Shown here: positions 60,341 to 64,000 of the stretch, one piece after another
Position numbering within the stretch: position 1 is the stretch's first letter
Layout of the letters: every line of letters begins with the position of its first letter
Origin: Spirochaetota bacterium
Lineage (GTDB): Bacteria > Spirochaetota > UBA4802 > UBA5550
DNA: 64,000 bases
Direction: 5' to 3'
Assembly: GCA_050298055.1 (NCBI GenBank)
Contig: JBNKTL010000008.1
Coordinates: forward strand, 32,001-96,000
Notes under the pieces: generated by a model
Told to the model about the DNA's origin: nothing
The model's input: the letters and a program-made list of their open reading frames with translations, nothing else
Databases searched by the model: none
Position numbers and translations under genes: made by a program

Positions 60341-61224
60341 TAGCTCCCTGAGTTGATCATTTCCTTCAAATCATTTTCATCAAAAATGTATTTTTTTCTG
60401 CAGAAGCTGCAGACGACTTCAGCACCTCCGTCTTTATGGATCATATCCCGCAGCTCTTCCGGATGAATATTTTCCAGAACCGACTTTATCAGATCATTGC
60501 TGCATCTGCAGGAGTGGTGAAGATTGTATTCGCTGAGTACTTTTAATGCATGATTGTCGAAAAGTTCTGAAAGGTATCCGATGATATCATCACCTCTCTG
60601 AAGTGCCTCTGTGAGGGTTTCCCCTGAGTTTTGAATTTTATTTTCCAGGCGGGATATTACAGAATCTTCGGTTTCAGGATAGGTCTGTATCAGTATTCCC
60701 CCTGATGTCCCGATGGTGCCGTTCTTTTTCATTCTCATAGCAATTAACAGTGCCGATGGAATCTGTTCAGATGTGGTCAGGTAGTAGGCAACGTCTCCGG
60801 CAACCTCACCTCTGTGAAGGGGTATTATACTGCTGTAGGGTTCTTTCAGGCCCAGGTCTTTTGTGACCGTCAGAAATCCTGCGCCGATGGTCCGGGAAAA
60901 ACTTATCTTTCCTATGTTCTCAATGAGATCAACGTCCGGGTTTTCTGCGTATCCCCTGATATTTCCCCGGGCATCAGCCTGGACATGTATTTCATGAATA
61001 GGGCCGCTTCCGGAAAACTTAAGAGTAATATTCTGGTCTGAATCCGGTTTCAGCGTAGCACTCAGAAGAGCCGTAGCTGTTATTGATCTGCCCAGGGCAG
61101 TTGTTGCATTGGGAGTGGTATTGTGAAGCCCTGTGATCTCTCTCACGAGGCCCAGTGTTTCAGCAGTATATGCCCTGAGGTTGAGCTCTTCACATATGAT
61201 TCGTGTAATTGTATCTTTATTCAT
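60340..61224 (-). CDS. hslO: Hsp33 redox-regulated chaperone
   Basis: ALGRSITA, YYLTTSEQIPSA, GGILIQ, CRCS...CSFC zinc motif. Confidence 0.95.
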   Translation of the reverse strand: MNKDTITRIICEELNLRAYTAETLGLVREITGLHNTTPNATTALGRSITATALLSATLKPDSDQNITLKFSGSGPIHEIHVQADARGNIRGYAENPDVDLIENIGKISFSRTIGAGFLTVTKDLGLKEPYSSIIPLHRGEVAGDVAYYLTTSEQIPSALLIAMRMKKNGTIGTSGGILIQTYPETEDSVISRLENKIQNSGETLTEALQRGDDIIGYLSELFDNHALKVLSEYNLHHSCRCSNDLIKSVLENIHPEELRDMIHKDGGAEVVCSFCRKKYIFDENDLKEMINSGS

Positions 61225-61286
61225 AAATTTAACTATACAAAATATATTAAGTGAATTTATTTATTGTGTATTTTTAAAAATAAAAG

Positions 61287-61420
61287 TAACTCGGTTATGC
61301 ATGAGAATAATCATATTCATAAAAACATAACTGACATGTCCCCGCCGCCGTAGGCGGCGGGGACATATTATTGATATTCTTAGTAAATACAATATTTTAA
61401 TCAATATAGTTGAGTAGTTA
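61287..61420. repeat. fold-back repeat family 1, copy F (134 bp)
   Basis: taactcgg...catgtccccgccgcc-gta-ggcggcggggacatat...tgagtagtta. Confidence 0.85.
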
Positions 61421-61744
61421 TAAATAATAATTTTTGAATTTTTACAATAAAAAAATTTTATCCTTAAATATTTTTCTCACAGGAACTGTTCAAATAAAGC
61501 CGGGCAGAAACAAAATGAACACCACAAGAGTAATTTGCGGATGTTCCTGTTGTAAGGATTTTAAAACAATTCAGTTGCAAATAATTTTACTTGCACGATA
61601 ATCTATTAATTTTAAAGTTGCATTGAAAATCATTAAGACGCCTGTATTTCAGCTGGGGGTAACAAATTCTCAAATCCCGGAACCTTATTGATTTTATAAA
61701 ATTGATAATTGAAGCTTACCGAAGAATATGATAAGGAACACATA

Positions 61745-62725
61745 ATGAAAAATATGTCTAAGAGAAAATGGAAAAATTTTTGTGGATTAAAATACCTGGC
61801 TGTAATAATCATATTAATAATCTTTATTCAGGGGACCGCTTTTTCTCAGGAAAATGAAGAAACCGGCAGCAGTGATAGTTCCGATATTGCATTAAACGAT
61901 AGTCAAAATGATCACAAGGATTTACTCAGGTATTCAATCCTCTTTGGAAGTGTACCCGTTACCTTCCTTTTTGGAGTTAAGGCATGGGACTGGGGTAGCC
62001 GGCATGAATTTAAAAGTGAAAGAGAGGGATGGTTCGGACAGGATACTTCAGCCGGCGGGTCGGATAAAGCGGGCCATTTTTATGCTCATTATCTTATACA
62101 GCGTTTTGTTTTTTTTGTCTTTGATTATACGGAAGACGGCGCATCGAGTAAGTATACATATTCCATACTGACAACCAGTATGATCGGTACAATGATTGAG
62201 GTTGGTGACGGCTGGTCAAGCCTCTACGGATTTTCTTACGAAGACCTTGTGGTTGATCTGGCAGGTGTTTTTGTCGGGGCACTCCTGGATTATTTTCCCG
62301 TTCTTGATGCATTTATCGGGTTCAGTGTAGACTATGTTCCGACGAGTAACTATAGAAAGTATTTCAATAAACATGAGACAGTCCCTCTGGGATGGGTCAC
62401 TGACTATTCGGGATTCAGGTACTTGATGAATTTTAAACTGGCAGGTTTCCGATATCTTGGTTTCAAGACGCCGGAATTTCTCAGGTATATTACACTTGAC
62501 CTGGGATACTATACCAAGGATTTTTCCACATATGACCTGGAGTTTAAAGGCAGAGAGAATCTTGATCGGACAAGGAACTGGTATTTTGGAATTTCTCTGA
62601 ATTTTGCCGAGGTGATGAGAGATTTTTATACGAAAAAGAAGGGTGTGCTCTATACAGTAACAACCAAACCTTTTGAGTATTATCATATTCCTGTTGGTTA
62701 CAGAAATGAGAATGAGATCAAGTAG
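61745..62725 (+). CDS. DUF2279/YfiM-family protein
   Basis: EGWFGQDT..GGSDKAGHFY, IEVGDG...GFSYEDLVVD..G. Confidence 0.8.
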   Translation: MKNMSKRKWKNFCGLKYLAVIIILIIFIQGTAFSQENEETGSSDSSDIALNDSQNDHKDLLRYSILFGSVPVTFLFGVKAWDWGSRHEFKSEREGWFGQDTSAGGSDKAGHFYAHYLIQRFVFFVFDYTEDGASSKYTYSILTTSMIGTMIEVGDGWSSLYGFSYEDLVVDLAGVFVGALLDYFPVLDAFIGFSVDYVPTSNYRKYFNKHETVPLGWVTDYSGFRYLMNFKLAGFRYLGFKTPEFLRYITLDLGYYTKDFSTYDLEFKGRENLDRTRNWYFGISLNFAEVMRDFYTKKKGVLYTVTTKPFEYYHIPVGYRNENEIK

Positions 62726-62777
62726 GAGGAATATCATATAAACTCTATAAATGAGTTTATTTGATATTCCCTTGTGG

Positions 62778-64000
62778 TTATTTTCCTTCCCCGGAACAGA
62801 TACTGTTTAAAAGATCCATCTGGGTAATGACTCCTTTAAGTTCTCCCTTTTCATCTGTAATAAGTACCTTGTACTCATGACTGCGTTTCATGGCTTTTAT
62901 CACATTGCATACGGATGATTTCCTGTCAAAGGTAAGGGCCGGTTCAAGTTTAATATCACCCAGCCGGGCACTCAGCTTAGCACCATCGGCCAGCATATTT
63001 ATAACCATCTCAGATGTGATAAGTCCCATGGGCTTATCATCGCCTGAGAGTACCGCTACAGAGTGAATATGTTCCTCATCCAGCAACTTAATGGCATCCT
63101 GCACTGTTGCAGTCTCAGTGAGAGAAAACACTCCCTCATGCATGACCTGTTCGGCTATCTGCTCCTCGGCTTCACCGAATATCCTGTTTGTAAACCTTAC
63201 ATACCATGCGGCAGCCTGTACCTGAATGATATAAGCCATGGCAATGATTAATGCGATCTCAGAACCCTTCTCTCCAAATACGGTCATTGCAATGGCCAGC
63301 GCAATAGAGAGGTTCCTCATAACTGTCCCGTACACAAGGGCAATGGCATCACCCCTTTTAAAGAAATACTTCCCTACAAGTGTACTGATGAGAAAATTTA
63401 TCAGGTAGAGTATGGCAAGGGGAACAAAAAGATAAACCAGAATTGTGGGATTACTTAACACTGATTTTGATTTAAGTGCCATTGCAACAAATACGATCCC
63501 CAGTACACCCAGTGTAGAAAGCATGGGAAATTTCTGTTTGATATCCTTCTGGTATTTTGCCATTCCATATTTTAAAATGATGAGTCTCTGCGTAATAAAA
63601 CCAAGGACCATGGGAAGAAAAACAATGAGAAGTATCTGCCTGAAGACCTTAAAGAGCGGAATTTCAACTACCGCTCCCATTAACCACTTTGTATAAAAGG
63701 GTGTTGCTATTGATCCGAAGACCAGGCCTATGACTGTCATCTTTATTGCCGCATTGAGGTTGCCTCTGGCAAAACCGGTCCATGAGATAGTCATACCGCT
63801 TGTTGGCAGAAGTGAAGCCAGGAGGAGCCCCAGGGTTATAAGAGGTTTATCCTGAAAGAAGACCATCCCTATTGCTAAAGCAACAAAGGGTATTACCAAA
63901 AAGTTTAGTATCTGGGTCACAAGCTGGACCTTAATATCACCACCGGAAAAAACCTTTTTTATCTGCAGGTTGACCATCATGGGATATACCATGAGGAAGG
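62778..64000 (-). CDS. ACR3/bile acid:sodium symporter-family transporter with C-terminal CBS pair (5' partial)
   Basis: MVYPMMVNL, LLPTSGMTISWTGFARGN, VMRNLSIALAIA; CBS domains after about residue 275. Confidence 0.85.
   Translation of the reverse strand, partial: FLMVYPMMVNLQIKKVFSGGDIKVQLVTQILNFLVIPFVALAIGMVFFQDKPLITLGLLLASLLPTSGMTISWTGFARGNLNAAIKMTVIGLVFGSIATPFYTKWLMGAVVEIPLFKVFRQILLIVFLPMVLGFITQRLIILKYGMAKYQKDIKQKFPMLSTLGVLGIVFVAMALKSKSVLSNPTILVYLFVPLAILYLINFLISTLVGKYFFKRGDAIALVYGTVMRNLSIALAIAMTVFGEKGSEIALIIAMAYIIQVQAAAWYVRFTNRIFGEAEEQIAEQVMHEGVFSLTETATVQDAIKLLDEEHIHSVAVLSGDDKPMGLITSEMVINMLADGAKLSARLGDIKLEPALTFDRKSSVCNVIKAMKRSHEYKVLITDEKGELKGVITQMDLLNSICSGEGK

Noticed and set aside
1685..61366. 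Recurrent 30-35 bp GC palindromes as CRISPR repeats
   Set aside because: Copies are kilobases apart, in both orientations, with no spacer periodicity and no cas genes
3014..62737. Numerous 60-280 aa ORFs antisense to or overlapping long genes (e.g. 3014-3850, 9513-10262, 24402-25016, 47047-47718)
   Set aside because: Shadow ORFs of well-supported genes with no recognisable motifs

Overview
A 64 kb bacterial chromosomal segment with moderately GC-rich coding regions and AT-rich intergenic spacers. It most likely comes from an uncultured, probably anaerobic spirochaete; this is inferred from an FcpB-like flagellar sheath protein and from spirochaete-type hypothetical proteins recognised from memory, not from a database search. 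Housekeeping genes include tRNA-Arg(UCG), prmA, hisI-hisG, gap, ugd, mgtE, tatD, yjbQ, coaD-rny-ymdB and hslO. There are also signalling and envelope genes. No CRISPR array, prophage or transposase is visible. Points of interest: (1) a dispersed ~135-142 bp fold-back repeat (6 clear copies plus fragments) with TAACT...AGTTA ends, a GC-rich central hairpin showing compensatory changes, and strand-biased G-T pairing; (2) at least three other intergenic palindrome families; (3) a highly divergent stand-alone RtcB-fold protein; (4) a 1466-aa PPDK-like dikinase that lacks the pyruvate-binding domain, next to a divergent GAPDH; (5) a VanW / exported AMMECR1 / thioester alpha-2-macroglobulin / SpoIID-transpeptidase cluster; (6) a pore-less voltage-sensor membrane protein; (7) an FG-GAP lipoprotein gene abutting a 5'-truncated AbiEii-like toxin remnant. 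All family calls come from motif recognition by eye.
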